Below are positions 1 through 13,000 of a DNA stretch of 64,000 nt, piece by piece. Where the stretch lies: assembly GCF_964355755.1 (NCBI RefSeq), contig NC_092676.1, forward strand, positions 21,718,871-21,782,870. Direction: 5' to 3'. This DNA comes from Antedon mediterranea. Lineage: Eukaryota; Animalia; Echinodermata. The translations under genes and the position numbers were made by a program. Below the pieces are notes generated by a model, which saw only the letters and a program-made list of their open reading frames with translations, did not search any database and was not told the origin of the DNA. How positions within the stretch are numbered: position 1 is the first letter of the stretch; each line of letters starts with the position of its first letter.

Positions 1-2
1 GG

Positions 3-1202
3 AGAGGGATTGTTTTGTCTCATGTTTTATTAATTGGAACAGTACATTTAGTGTACATGAAGAATTGCAATTTATCAGGTGATGTAGTGAATTCTATCAG
101 TTCAGAGTGTTTACGTAGACAATTTAAGTTGATTTTAAGCGAACTCGATATCAGTTATAATGATTTGAGTGACATTGACAGTAGTTCACTGTACTTTTTA
201 TTTACTATCGTTGCTAACGATGGCTACCTTATCATGAAAAATTGCAATTTATCAGGTGCTGTAATGAATTCTATGATTACAGAGTTTTTACGTAGACAAG
301 TTAAGTTGTGTTTAAACATACTCGATGTCAGTGGTAATGATTTGAGTGACATTGACAGTAGTTCACTGTACTTTTTATTTACTATGGTATCTCAAGTGCA
401 TGATAGTTACCTTTTCATGAATGATTGCAATTTATCAGGTGCTGTTATGAATACTATGAATACAGAGTGTTTACGTAGACAAGTTAAGTTGTGTTTAAAC
501 ACACTCAATGTCAGTGGTAATGATTTGAGTGACATTGACAGTAGTTCACTGTGCTTTTTATTTACTATGGTATCTGAAATCTATGATGGTCGCCTTTTCA
601 TGAATAATTGCAATTTATCAGGTGATGTAGTGAATACTATGCATACAGAGTGTTTCCGTAGACAAATTGCCGTGTTGCGTTTAAACACACTCGATGTCAG
701 TGGTAATAATTTGAGTGACATTGACGGTAGTTCACTGTGCTTTTTATTTACTATGGTATCTGAAACCTATGGTGGTGGTTGCCTTTTCATGAATAATTGC
801 AATTTATCAGGTGATGTAGTGAATACTATGCATACAGAGTGTTTACGTAGACAAGTTACGTTGCGTTTAAACACACTCGATGTCAGTGATAATGATTTTA
901 GTGACATTGATGGTAGTTCACTGCTTTTTTTACTTACTGTGATATCTGAAGAGTACGATGATTATTATGATGCCGGTCGCCTTTTCATGAATAATTGCAA
1001 ATTATCAGGTGCTGTAATGAATACTATGATTACAGAATGTTTAAATAGACTAGATGAGTTGAGTGTAAGCACACTCAATGTCAGTGGTAATGATTTTAGT
1101 GACATTGATTGTAGTTTACTGTTTCGTTTTTTGACTGTATCTCCTAACCTACGATCCCTTCAAACTGAAAATTGCAATTTACCAGATGATGTAATGAATT
1201 AA
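3..1202 (+). CDS. C-terminal part of a leucine-rich-repeat protein (RI-like/NLR-type LRRs); open at the left window edge
   Basis: The ORF is open from the window start to TAA at 1200-1202. It has about 6 tandem units of about 59-66 aa (177-198 nt). Each unit holds two alternating LRR motifs (LxMxNCNLSGxV and LNTLDVSGNDLSDID). AATAAA lies near 2266. Confidence 0.75.
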   Translation, partial: RGIVLSHVLLIGTVHLVYMKNCNLSGDVVNSISSECLRRQFKLILSELDISYNDLSDIDSSSLYFLFTIVANDGYLIMKNCNLSGAVMNSMITEFLRRQVKLCLNILDVSGNDLSDIDSSSLYFLFTMVSQVHDSYLFMNDCNLSGAVMNTMNTECLRRQVKLCLNTLNVSGNDLSDIDSSSLCFLFTMVSEIYDGRLFMNNCNLSGDVVNTMHTECFRRQIAVLRLNTLDVSGNNLSDIDGSSLCFLFTMVSETYGGGCLFMNNCNLSGDVVNTMHTECLRRQVTLRLNTLDVSDNDFSDIDGSSLLFLLTVISEEYDDYYDAGRLFMNNCKLSGAVMNTMITECLNRLDELSVSTLNVSGNDFSDIDCSLLFRFLTVSPNLRSLQTENCNLPDDVMN

Positions 1203-3074
1203 ATTCATCTCATGTTCATAACAATGAATCGCCTAATTAATCACTTTTGATACGGTGACTGTAACATTGGTAATGAATCTAAAGTTGAGGGCGATTCATA
1301 CAAAACAAACTAAAAATGTAATTTTCATAATAATTGATAACATCTCATTGGCATTGGTAATAATATGGTGCCAATATTTATAGAATTTTACTGGATTCTT
1401 GATTTATTACGTCTACTGATCTGTTTGAACTATTGCAATATACCATGTACCAAGTTGGTATTTATTGTCTATTTTATGTTAGTCCACCTGTCAGCATTTT
1501 GATTTTTGACTGAAAAATATGAGCTCATGTTTTTTACGTATGAAACGCCATATGTGCAAAAATATTTATCTCCGATATATATTTATGTGAGTAAAAGTTT
1601 TACTAATTTCAGTCTAGAACCTAGACTAAAAGTGATGTAATGAATGCCTTCAACAGAAACTTATTTAAAAGAAATTTATTTTGCTCAATATATGTAGTAA
1701 TAATTTTAGCAACATTGCTTCGATCAATGATCATATGCTTTTTTTAAAACCTCCAAGCCTAATTTACTCTGAAATAATTAAGATCAGTTGTATGATTTCA
1801 AAATTAATATCATACGTTGACGATTTACTGAAAATTAAATTATAGAAATATTGTCAATGTATAATAGAAAGATATAGTAGTGTTTACAGAAACTAAACCA
1901 TATATGATGTAAATTTGAGTTTAATGTAGACCTACTTATTCGTAGTTCTAATATCAAATTGTTTATGCTTTCAACAATCTATATATAATGTGTGAATATC
2001 TCGAGCTTAATTTTTTTGAAAATTTGTAAGCATACTAGCATATATTAATTACAACATGGCCAAGTCATTTGCAATTAGTGTCTCCACTGCGGTATGATTA
2101 TCAGAATGTATTATTATAAGAGTAAAATTAGGATAAATAATGTTGTTGCTGTCATGAATTTTGTACAAAATGTAATGCGCTTTTACACAAAGTATATACT
2201 GTACATATTTAATTTCACCGAACATCCTTACCTAGTATTTTTTATCTGTATACATTATTATCTGAATAAATAATATGAAAATAAGTGCTATATTATTTTG
2301 TGCGTATAGTTTATTATGTGTTTTTTTTTATTCTGTAAATGTAAATATTGACGTAATGGATATTTTGGCAATGTAATCCAACAACCAAAGCAATTGGACG
2401 TAGTGAAATAAAGACTTGGAAAATCAATTGTGTCCTCAAGTTGACGTATAAAAAAATACTTGCATATTTTAGACTATGTTCACCAACCCTGATATAAAAT
2501 CCAGAAATGCAAACAGACTGCCTGAAAAAAATAGACTGAAGATATATGGACAAAGAAATGGAAATTCACAGAAAACAAATTTGACTTGTCCTAATATTTT
2601 TATTTGATGACGGACAAAATGACAGTTACAAGAAAACTTCAATCACATTATTTAACTCAATTTACCCATCTAAAAATATCACTTTTGAATTAGACTTCTC
2701 AAAAAGCTCGATCACACTGAGACTAGAAAATAAAACAATAGCTTTATTCATTAACATTATTTTTTTTATTTATTTATATTTATACAACCATACTAAAAAA
2801 TAACAATAGGAGAAAATAACAGCTGATAACTAATGTATTAACAAAGTTATAGGTATACGTCAAGTAAGTGGAAAATTCTTACTGGATGTAATCACTATAC
2901 AAGGTTTGGCTGACAGTGAATTAATCTTGTTATCAGTAACTTTGTTCAAAATGGAGGTCTTGTCAGTCTAAAATATTATTAAAGTTAAAGATTAGTTTTT
3001 CTTTCCTTCATCCACTACTAACACCTCTAACCCTGCCCCACACACAAAGAGAAGTGCAGTTTATATGCAATTTG

Positions 3075-6000
3075 TTATACTGCTGTTCCTCTCTCCAGAT
3101 TCTGTTTAATCTCAGCAGTGTATTTTCCATAAAATCTTTCAGCTTTCTCGTTGAATTTCTTGTTTCTTTCATTAATGTAATCAATGTCATTGTCCTCGTT
3201 ATGCATTCGCCTACGACTGAACTTCCCACGTCTGTCAATTCTGAAAATGAACAAAAATAATTGATAAACATTGTGTAATAATTGTGTGTAGAAAGAAGCT
3301 GCCAAATTTGAATAATTTCTTCACTCTTACAGATATTAGAATACTGTAATTAATATATATCAAAAAACTCTCAATAGAAATTTTGATTTTAAGATTGGCC
3401 ATTGTAAACAAAATCATTATGTTAATGAAGCACAGCATTAATAGAAAAACAGGTTCAGTCTTATTTTATTTTTTTATTTCATGTTATTAATGGGCCAAAA
3501 TATATTGTTTTAAAATATATAGGGTGCTATAGCAATGCAGCTAAGTACATCGACCAATCATAAGTAATGGCTGGCTGATCTGTTGCTTGTGATTGATCAA
3601 ATCATGCTTAATAAAGACTTTCTTTTTATAAATACTACTTAAATGTGCTGCAAACATATAAACAAAAGCTTACTGTTTTTCTAAATCTGTTACCATTCTG
3701 TCAATAGCGTCTTCAGTATCTTTGTGTTCCCCTTGCATTAGACTGTTGACGGTAGGATACATATCTTCACCCCTAGTGAAAAAAAAAAAACATTCTCTAA
3801 AAATCATAAATTATTAATAGAAATATAAACACTGGAGAAAATCAATTGGTCTATTTTGTAGAGAATAAAACAAATATTGATAATTTTCTGAATCACACCA
3901 CCACTACATTTATTTTTAAACATATTAAATCATACATATTTATGTTTTATGACAATGAGAGAAAAATCTTGTCATAGGACAGGATTAGAATCCAGAACAT
4001 TTATTAATATAAAACCACTATTTAGATTTAATCAACACTGGACAGTATTCGATCAAATTAACAGAGTAATTCACACTTTGGTGGCTAAGTAAAACTAAAC
4101 GAGAATTGAAACCTGCGAAGGTTTTGCTAGTGACCATATTACTTTTAATGAAACCAAATCCAAAATGCTTGTTATTTTGCCCGAAAGTCCGCAACCTCAA
4201 AGGTGTTCCACATATTACCTTAAATGGGGCACCTCTAATCGTTGATAATTCAATAACCTATCTTGGTCATGTGATCAGTAATAACCTGAGTGATGAAAGT
4301 GACATCAAACGTCAATATCGATCTATTTGCATTAGGGCCAACTCTCTAAATAGAAAGTTTGGAAAATGTTCTACTAAGACTAAATGTTATCTATTTAAGA
4401 GTTACTGTGTCAGCATGTACTGTTCAACCTTATGGTGTAGATATAATAAGAGCACTCTTTTTCAATGATCTCATAACAATGCCTTACGTTTGCTGCTGAA
4501 GCAGCCTAGACATTGTAGTGCAAGCATGAATGAATAAATGACGTCCCATCCTTTGATGAGTTCATTAGAAAATCTGTTTTTAGTTTTAAAAATCGTGTGA
4601 ACGCAAGTAGTAATTCCTTGATCATGGCCATTAATCGCCACGTTCTTAATGTGTCAAGAATGCACATACAATGGAATGCTTTGTTGCATTGACTTTAAAT
4701 ATTTACATATCTTTGTTTTTGTTCTATGAGCTGTTAGATTAAGATTTTTTTTTCCCTCTCTTTCGCTATGGATATAATATTATGTCACCATGATATTCCG
4801 AAATAAAAAGATAAATGAAAAATGAAATGAAATGAAATGTGCTATGTGGTGACATCCACTCGGTGACAGGATAACATTAACTTTTCTGTTTTGTATGGGA
4901 CTTTCAAACAGCCCAATTTTAATTTAGAGCTAATTTTTTATTTGACTGACCTCAGTATAGATTGCCTAAGTGGTAAAACTAACTATATAGCTAGTGTAAG
5001 TTATCCAAGAGTAACTTTTGTCAAACTAACCAGTCAGGTATTTGTAGAGATGAACACAATCGTGCAATCCAATTTTTAATTTGAATACTAATGAATAAAA
5101 AACTTACATTTTGTCTTTTTTCCTTTCATATTCTTCCATGTCTGGCTTCATTTGTTTTGTTAAACGTTGATATTGTCTAAAGGTAGCTTGTTCATAATCT
5201 AAAACAAGAGGAAAATAATATATTTGGTAAATTCTCAGCTTTTACTGTGTTTCTTCACCATATTAAGAATAATTTATTTTATTTGTACACTGCAAAGAAA
5301 ATAAAGAATAAGCCATTTATATCTAATTAATATTCATTAATATTTGTTTTAAACACAATTCATATTTTCAATTTACAATTTTTAAGTGAATTCTACAAAT
5401 CATTTTTACCTGAAAAGCCAGGATCAGCATTCTTTTTCTTTTTTTTCTTTTCGATGCGTTCCGCTTCTTCTGCTGTCACATCCATTAGTTTTAATCTGTC
5501 GTAATCAAGACCTTTTGCTTCAGCAGCCTAAATATAATTTAAAATAAAATAGAGTGTACTTAAAAACAAATACAGTAGAAAGGGTACAATTTGCTGAGAA
5601 ACGTGCTAGGGTATTATATGACTACAGCAAATCCCTATTAAGGGGATAGTTTATTGGGTTCCTGCTTTCTCTGCTATTTGTGTTATGCTCTGAACTACAC
5701 TTGTATATGAATTGGAAAAAAAAAACATCCAAATTGTACTTTATAAACATATAATTTCTAAGACTTCAGATTTGAAAAAGGGTGATGACGGCATGAGTGT
5801 TACAGGAATTTTACGTTACAGTAGGTGTGTTATAATAGTACAATGTTCAGAAGTCTGACTGAATCTTAACTTATCTCTATTTCTCATTCAATAGAATCAC
5901 AAGATCTCCACTCAACTCATAATTAATTGTAATCTTAAACCTTTCTTTTCTCATCATCTTGTAGTATCCAGTCAGCTTGTCTCTTTCTTGCTTCCCAATT

Positions 6001-6542
6001 TGAAGGCAGTTTAGCTTTTCTATCTTCTTCTACTACTTCTGCGTGGTTCAATTTCCTTGCTTCATTCTAATATAAAAATGTGTTTTTTTTTATTAATAAC
6101 ACAACCAACACATCATCAGGGGTGCGGGAACGTGTTTTTTTTTGTGTGGAGGTTAAATTAATATTTGTTATACGAGGCACATACTGTAGATTCTGTGGTA
6201 TATTTAAATATTAACACAATAATGTTTTTGTGTGGAAATTTAAGAGCACATAATGTTTACACACTTTTTATAGGAAGCCTATATATATTCAAATAAATAG
6301 GTATGATTATTTTTGTTGTTTATGAACGTTGATCCCACTCTATGTGAAATATCATGAAGATGTCACTATGTTAGGGGTCATGACCTAAAATTTACTTCTT
6401 TCCAACTCCTACCTACTCATTTGGTAGCATCTGTCACACGCCTTACCCTTTTCAGATGGAGTTCCCTTAATTTCTTCATTCTTTCAGCTTTCTTATCCTT
6501 AGGAGATGCGTCTGTGGAGGATGAACTGGATGCTGCTTCCAT
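3075..6542 (-). CDS. SYF2: Pre-mRNA splicing factor SYF2
   Basis: Six GT-AG exons join in frame: 6542-6447, 6066-5941, 5527-5410, 5198-5108, 3772-3674, 3240-3075. Diagnostic motifs: [81 protein letters not shown]. Confidence 0.95.
4106..4838 (+). mobile_element. 5'-truncated, degenerate non-LTR retrotransposon (C-terminal RT region and 3' tail; RTE-X/L2-like) in SYF2 intron 5
   Basis: The translation ITLNGAPL...[21 protein letters not shown]...RANSLNRKF...[15 protein letters not shown] is typical of the post-RT region of LINE ORF2. It contains stops and frameshifts and ends in an (AATGA)n microsatellite tail at about 4814-4838. Confidence 0.75.
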
Positions 6543-6902
6543 CTTTCTAATGGTTGTCGCAACAAACAATCCTACAAAAAAAAACCGTACACACTTTTAA
6601 GTCCTTTCTGAAGGTTACATACTGCAGAGGATAAACTCGCTCATCAATCAGTTAGGTCACTGAATCATTTATTTGATTGAGAGAGTGCCACAAAGAGACA
6701 CCACTGTTTGCCCTCTAGGACGACCTAGGCCTACCTAGAATCGGCAAAACTTCTATGGAGGCTTTATATTATAAATATAATCTATAATTATAATTGGTTC
6801 ACCCTATTACCGGTATATTAATTAAAGAATAATTAAAACATCAACACCTTAAATTTTGTCAAAAAACAAAACGTCCAGGGCAGAATATTTCTCCTGCTAC
6901 CA

Positions 6903-7360
6903 GGACGATTGACAGATGATCAGGGCCATGGATGACACGGGCCATGGATGATCGGGGCCAGACGATCAGGATTTTTTAAAGACGATCGGGTAACAACGCG
7001 AAATGACAAAATGTGGTGTTTTTTTAGATTACGCCACCTTTATTAATATAATAATTTTCTAGTATCATATCATTTTAATCGTACGTAATGGCTACCATTA
7101 ATATTATAAACATTCATAAACATTGTTTAACGAGAACGCAATTATAAACTAGGCTAGCTAGGCCTATTAATAGAATGGATTTACATACAAACGATGATGA
7201 TACACTTACTTTGCTATCGGGCCTAACGATTAAGACTATCGGGCCCAACGCCTAAGATTATCGGGCCAAACTTATAAGACGATCGGGCTGCGGGCACATA
7301 AAAAAATGGTCCCGATCATCCTTGGCCCCGATCGTCCTCGGCTCCGATCGTCTGTTCACC
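6903..7360. mobile_element. Non-autonomous DNA-transposon-like element whose inverted termini are built from short GACGATCGGG(G)CC repeats (MULE/foldback-like)
   Basis: Tandem gaYgatcRgggcc units occur at 6903-6990 and 7214-7290. Inverted copies (ggccccgatcgtcctcggctccgatcgtctgttcacc) occur at 7309-7360. No clear TSD. Confidence 0.5.
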
Positions 7361-8478
7361 ACCTTACCAAGCTAGGCTTTCTTAGTTAGGCCTAGGCTAC
7401 TACTACTAGTAGTAGGCCACCTACTCTTCTAGCTAGCCGTAACCTACTTCTTTACTACTCTCTCTAGGCGTAAGACCTTATACTATACTGTATACAAAAA
7501 ATAAAAAAATCTTTTTCAAAACTATTAGTTAAATAAATAACCTTAACCTGTTTATAGTGTTGAATATTAAGAATAACTAAACAATAAATTTGCCACTTGT
7601 CTCCACTTCTTTCATAACATGACAAACCACAAACGTCGTACGTTGTTGTTTTTTTATGTAGCGCCATCAGTGGTGGGGCGTGCTCACGTTGCATATAGTT
7701 ATGACAGGCCTTGTGTGCCAAAAGTTGTAATGTACTCTCTAGTACTAAAACTGTGATCATGTTTCAGGCATGCGTATAATTAATTTAATCACATAAAAGT
7801 TGAGAATAGAGAGAAGAGTGCGAGCGCCGAAAATGAGAAAAAAGGGGCGACGTAAATCAAACTTTATTGTTTTTTAATTATTTTATTTGACTGGATTAAA
7901 TTTTCATTTTTCAAACTGCTTTTCAAATGGTGTGTGGGGATGATAGAAATAGCGACGATATATAAAGAAAGAGAGCTTATATATTAGCTATCCAGGAAAT
8001 TTCTGTTGATGCAAATTTGTTGATTAAAAATTGTTTTCAGTTGCATTGATTCTAATTTCAGTGGTAAAAGATTAAATAAATATTTTGCGGATCTGTATAA
8101 TAAAGATTAACTTGGTGTTATCAGTGTTTTACAACGTGTGTGCATTTGAGAGGTCCCTTAATTTCAAATTTGAAGTGTTAAAAATATCATTTATTTTTTA
8201 GTATGAGTATTTCGTTCAGCCTTCTCACAATAATACATACGTACTTCACGACAATTGGGTGCACTGAATATTTTACGGAACATACGTAACCATTTTTATA
8301 GACTACCCGTCAGAAGAAGATAAACTACCGCCCATAGGCCGATACCTAGTACAATATTTAGATGATTTTAATTTGAATGATGATTAGATTAAATACTTAA
8401 ATGGTCAAATACGTAATAGAATATTATAACATATAATATAACAGACATTGATCAAATAAATATAAATAATGCTAAACA

Positions 8479-8562
8479 TTTATTTTATTTTTATTTATTA
8501 CCATATTTACTGAGGGTAGCCTATCCAGTTCCTAATAGAACTGATCATTCAGGGCCCTCGAT
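8479..8562 (-). mobile_element. 3' tail remnant of a LINE/SINE (L2/CR1-like)
   Basis: The minus strand reads gagggccctgaatgatcagttc...gctaccctcagtaaatatggt followed by an (AATAA)n tail. This has the stem-loop plus simple-repeat ending typical of LINE 3' ends. Confidence 0.35.
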
Positions 8563-10044
8563 AAAACAAACATACAGTACAACACATAAAATATTAAATA
8601 TTCAAATGACATAAAATATATTAAAGGCTTAAAAACGGGCTTAAAAATTTCCAATGATTATATAAAATTCATATAAAAGTTAAAATCGTTGACAGATAAA
8701 AATATCTAAAATATCTAATATGATTTTTACTTTGTTTTGCAACTTTAGAAATAAAAACCCAATATAAACAACACGCATTTCTATTTGTATACTGTATTAT
8801 TTAATACTAGCTCGCTGCTTATAATAAATACATTTCGGTTTTTGGTGAAAATGTTTCGCCGCTGGAAATATTAACCCCGCGCGGGCTGCGGCTCTCCATT
8901 TGATTTACAACACATACATAATCTTTTCGTATTTTAGGTTACCGCCCTCAATCTTACATGTTTACGCGTAATGCCTTGACTTCGTTAGAGGATGAGCGTA
9001 CGTACGCGTTCGCGTTTTTTCGGAAATGCGTATAGGAAACGTGTATAATTATATAATTTATAACACTCGCTCACGCGCACGCACACGAACAGCTGATTGT
9101 AGAACAGAGAGAGTGTGGAGTGTTGTAGGGCGCAGGGCGCAGGTCGATTAAAATAGCAATACAGTAGGCCTAACTTACAAAATAAAACCGAAGAAACAGC
9201 ATCTAAAATTGTATTATAAATAAACAGAAATTATTAATTGCATATTTCTTACCACACACAATTCATTCAATTTAAAAAAAAACCAAAAAACTAAATCTCT
9301 TCAAGATATTTGTATAGACTAAAGTAGTAGGCCTAGTACTAGTAATAGGCCTACCGTGTATAGTTTTGTAATCAATTTTAGATTAATATAGGCCTACTAA
9401 ATATAAAGAGAATTGGGTTCTTTTGTTTTAAAAATACAGCAATTCATTCATAATTTACAGTTATTTCCCGAGAAATGTACATGTTTCTTTATACTTTAGT
9501 TCTAATGAGGTCTTCCCCCACCATTTCTTGCAACAATAACTACCTATTGTATTGCGTTTGATTTTCACACAAATGTTTTGCTATTACTTGTCAATCAACG
9601 TCATCATTATGACACACACAGCCATTCTGTTGTTACGCTTGATCGCACCAGGGGTTCATGCCGAGAGTGCTTCTCGCCTTAACATTCCTTGTCAATAAAA
9701 TAGTCCGTTTTATTTCAAACATTCTAGACTGTCTACACTATATTGTCTAATACTAACTAAATATTCAAACTAATTATTAAATCAGAATTTAGAACTTATA
9801 ATACTTCATTATTTGTTTTTAAATGACTATTTTTATAAAACGGATTTGTTGTACAAGACGCGGATTAATATTGTGTAATGCGATATCACATTTGACCTTA
9901 GTACGGTATAATAAGCAAGCTTCATAAAATGTAATAACGAGGGAACTGGTTAAGTTGTTTACTGCTAAAGTTCTAATATCAACACTTTGGGATTCACTTT
10001 TGACGACAATAGAAAATGCCTTTGGAAGTATATAACCCTAGCAT

Positions 10045-13000
10045 ATGGGAGAGATGAGGTTTATGTATACACTCATTAATTTCTGCTCCATAATATTGGC
10101 TGTAAAAGGTAAGATTACTAACTTAACTAATCAAGCCGCTTTGTGCTCTGTTGAAACTGTGCTTAGTGGAGTGTTGTCGTGTGTGCTGGAGCCAGAATGG
10201 CTCCCCTTGAAAAAGAGTATTGAGTGTGCAATCGAAAACAACACAATGCACTTATTCTGGGCTAGCATATATCCGGACTTGATACACTTCTTTACTGTAG
10301 TATCTGGTAACATAATGATTGAAATAAAAAAGAGTTAATTCTATATTAATATGACATTTATTATATTTAATATTTTTTAATTGTTTGTACTGTTTATTTG
10401 TAATGATTGTTTTGAAATTATAAATGAGTCCAGTTTGTGTGCACTTCTTGTTGTTTTTGTATGTGCAGCATGATAGACTCCTTCCTACAGTACATTATTC
10501 ATGTCACAGGCTGGCATATTATATGCTGCTGTAACATTAGTTGAATAACATTGGATAGCCAATATTCCAACCAATAATGTAGGTCTTTCTGATACATTGT
10601 TCGCAAAGTAAAATTTGTGTATATTGTTGTGTATTTATTGTATTGTGAATATGATGATGCATCTTACGATGAAAAATAGATGTTGAAATTGGACTTGAAA
10701 TGCGGTCAGTGAAAAATGAATTCTATGTTACTTTACAAAACGCGAGTTGCCGTAGTCAGTATTAAATGTAAAATTGCTGAAAAGACATAAATCAATAAAT
10801 GTTGATAAATTCAATCAAAATACTGTCTTGTGTATGTCATTGCTAAACTTTTAAATGTTGTTTAAGATATTTTGTAATAAAGTCTATCAATTCATTAATA
10901 CTCTAATACCCAAACGCACCATCAATGTTGAAAGAAAATTTGTGTTAGTCGGCCATCTTGATGACTACAGTAATCTATTATTGGTTTCGAAAATGGTGAT
11001 GATATAATACTGTACATTTACTGTAGTTTTGATGATTTATAGATCAACCATGATGATGCTATGCCATGGGTAATTATTATTTTATACCGATTCATTTACG
11101 CAACTTTTGTTTGTACAATAGTTATGTAATGTGTGTTGGTTAATAAAATATATTACATTTTTAATCATCTTTGATATAACCTATCATCATTGTATGGGAA
11201 ATTACTATCAATTACAATTAGGTAATCAATTGAACGCTAATCCATAAATTGTCTAAAGTGATATACAGTAGATCGTTTTATAATTATCTCTAAAGCTTGG
11301 TTCCCACTAGAACGTAACGCAAGGACGTAAACGCAACGCAAGCGTTTTACCCAATGACAAGCGAAGTTATAGACAGTTAGCAATCACAAGCGAATAAGCC
11401 ATCGCTTGTGATTGGTCAATTCACTTGCGTTGCGTTACGTCCTTGTGTTGCGTCACTAGTGGGAACCACGCTTAAGATGTTAATGATAAAGTACTGTACT
11501 GTACAGACTTGCATTGCAATGTATACAGTACGTAGTACAATTTTGTAAAACATTTAAATAGTCTATCAGTACAATGTATATACAGGTAGTGGTATAATTA
11601 CAGTATACAGTAATACTGTAATTTGGATAGCGCAAACATTTCTGGTTTTTTTTTACAAAATGTGATTGTAACATTGTAATTCAGTTATTTGGTTCAATCC
11701 CTAATTACAGAAATTGCAATCTCATTGACATTTCTGCTCTTTCTGAATACAGTACAGTTATTTTTTACAGTAGATGACTTTGGAAGCTTATATAGTAGTA
11801 CATGTGTAGTACATACAAATAGCAAGTACAGTAATAATTGTTCCTTTCGGCATAGACTCAAATAAATGTACGTTATAAAATTATTAGTGTGTACACTTAG
11901 CCAAGTCATCTATGCAGAATGATGACTTTCTGTCTGTCAGGCATTTCGGCTCCTTAAAGCTGGCCATAGATGAAAAATTGACAAGAGGTATATAATGACT
12001 GAAATGACATGATTTCTTCAGAAAAAAAATCTGCAAATTATCCAGTAAATGCTTAACTGCTTTAAATTCTTATCCTGAATGATTGATGATTAAATCTTGC
12101 AATAATACATTTTATTTAAAAAAAATCTTATTTACTGTACTGTATATATATACGGTACATTAAAAATACAAATATTAGCATCCTAGGTCTTTTAGTAATT
12201 AAAGCATAATTAATTTGATTTTTATTTCAGTAGAAATCGATTAAATTTGATAAATATGTATTGTTGCTTAACAGTATTATGTACTGTAGTATGAAATGAC
12301 TAATTAGTATTAATACCTTTGATAACTTATGTCATATTTACCATACAGTACTATTCAGCTGTTCATGAAAATGTTTCTCAATACTGTAGCCTCAGTACTG
12401 TACAACATTACTCTATGGATCAATTGTTTACATTGTATATAAATGAATTTTCAGTTAAATTATTGTTTATTTGGGAAATTTTACAATTGAAGAAGACAGT
12501 TACACATCGCCTAGTACAACTTTAGAGTTTACACATACTGTACTGTATCGTCAACCCCTGGATGTTTGGTGTGAACCCTGGTATTGTACAGTATACATTT
12601 CATAGTTTCTGTGGGAAATGGTATTACTGTACAGTACAGTAGTGAAAATAAAATGAGCTTGAGTGCATGCTTTCACAACAAACATCGTTATTTGTACTTT
12701 AAAAACTATTAATAAAATTACCATAATTTGTTCAATCCTGACCTAGTGCCAGGGTTGTAACTCACAACTACAGTATTTATACACTGCCCTATAAGCCTCA
12801 AATAAGAAATAAATGAATTATAAAAACAGTTAATCTATCCTGTAATTGTCAAGTTGCTGACTGTTGGATGCGCTCATATGAAATAAAACAAAAAATATAC
12901 TTAAATTGTAATGATAGCTTGCTACAGTGATGTAAATACTAATTACACTACATACTGTGTATATAGACATTTCTAAAATTGTCACGTCGTTGGGACAGTA

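Noticed and set aside
4013-4975. Possible MITE (accact...agtggt) split by the LINE fragment
   Set aside because: The inverted match is too short and no TSD supports it.
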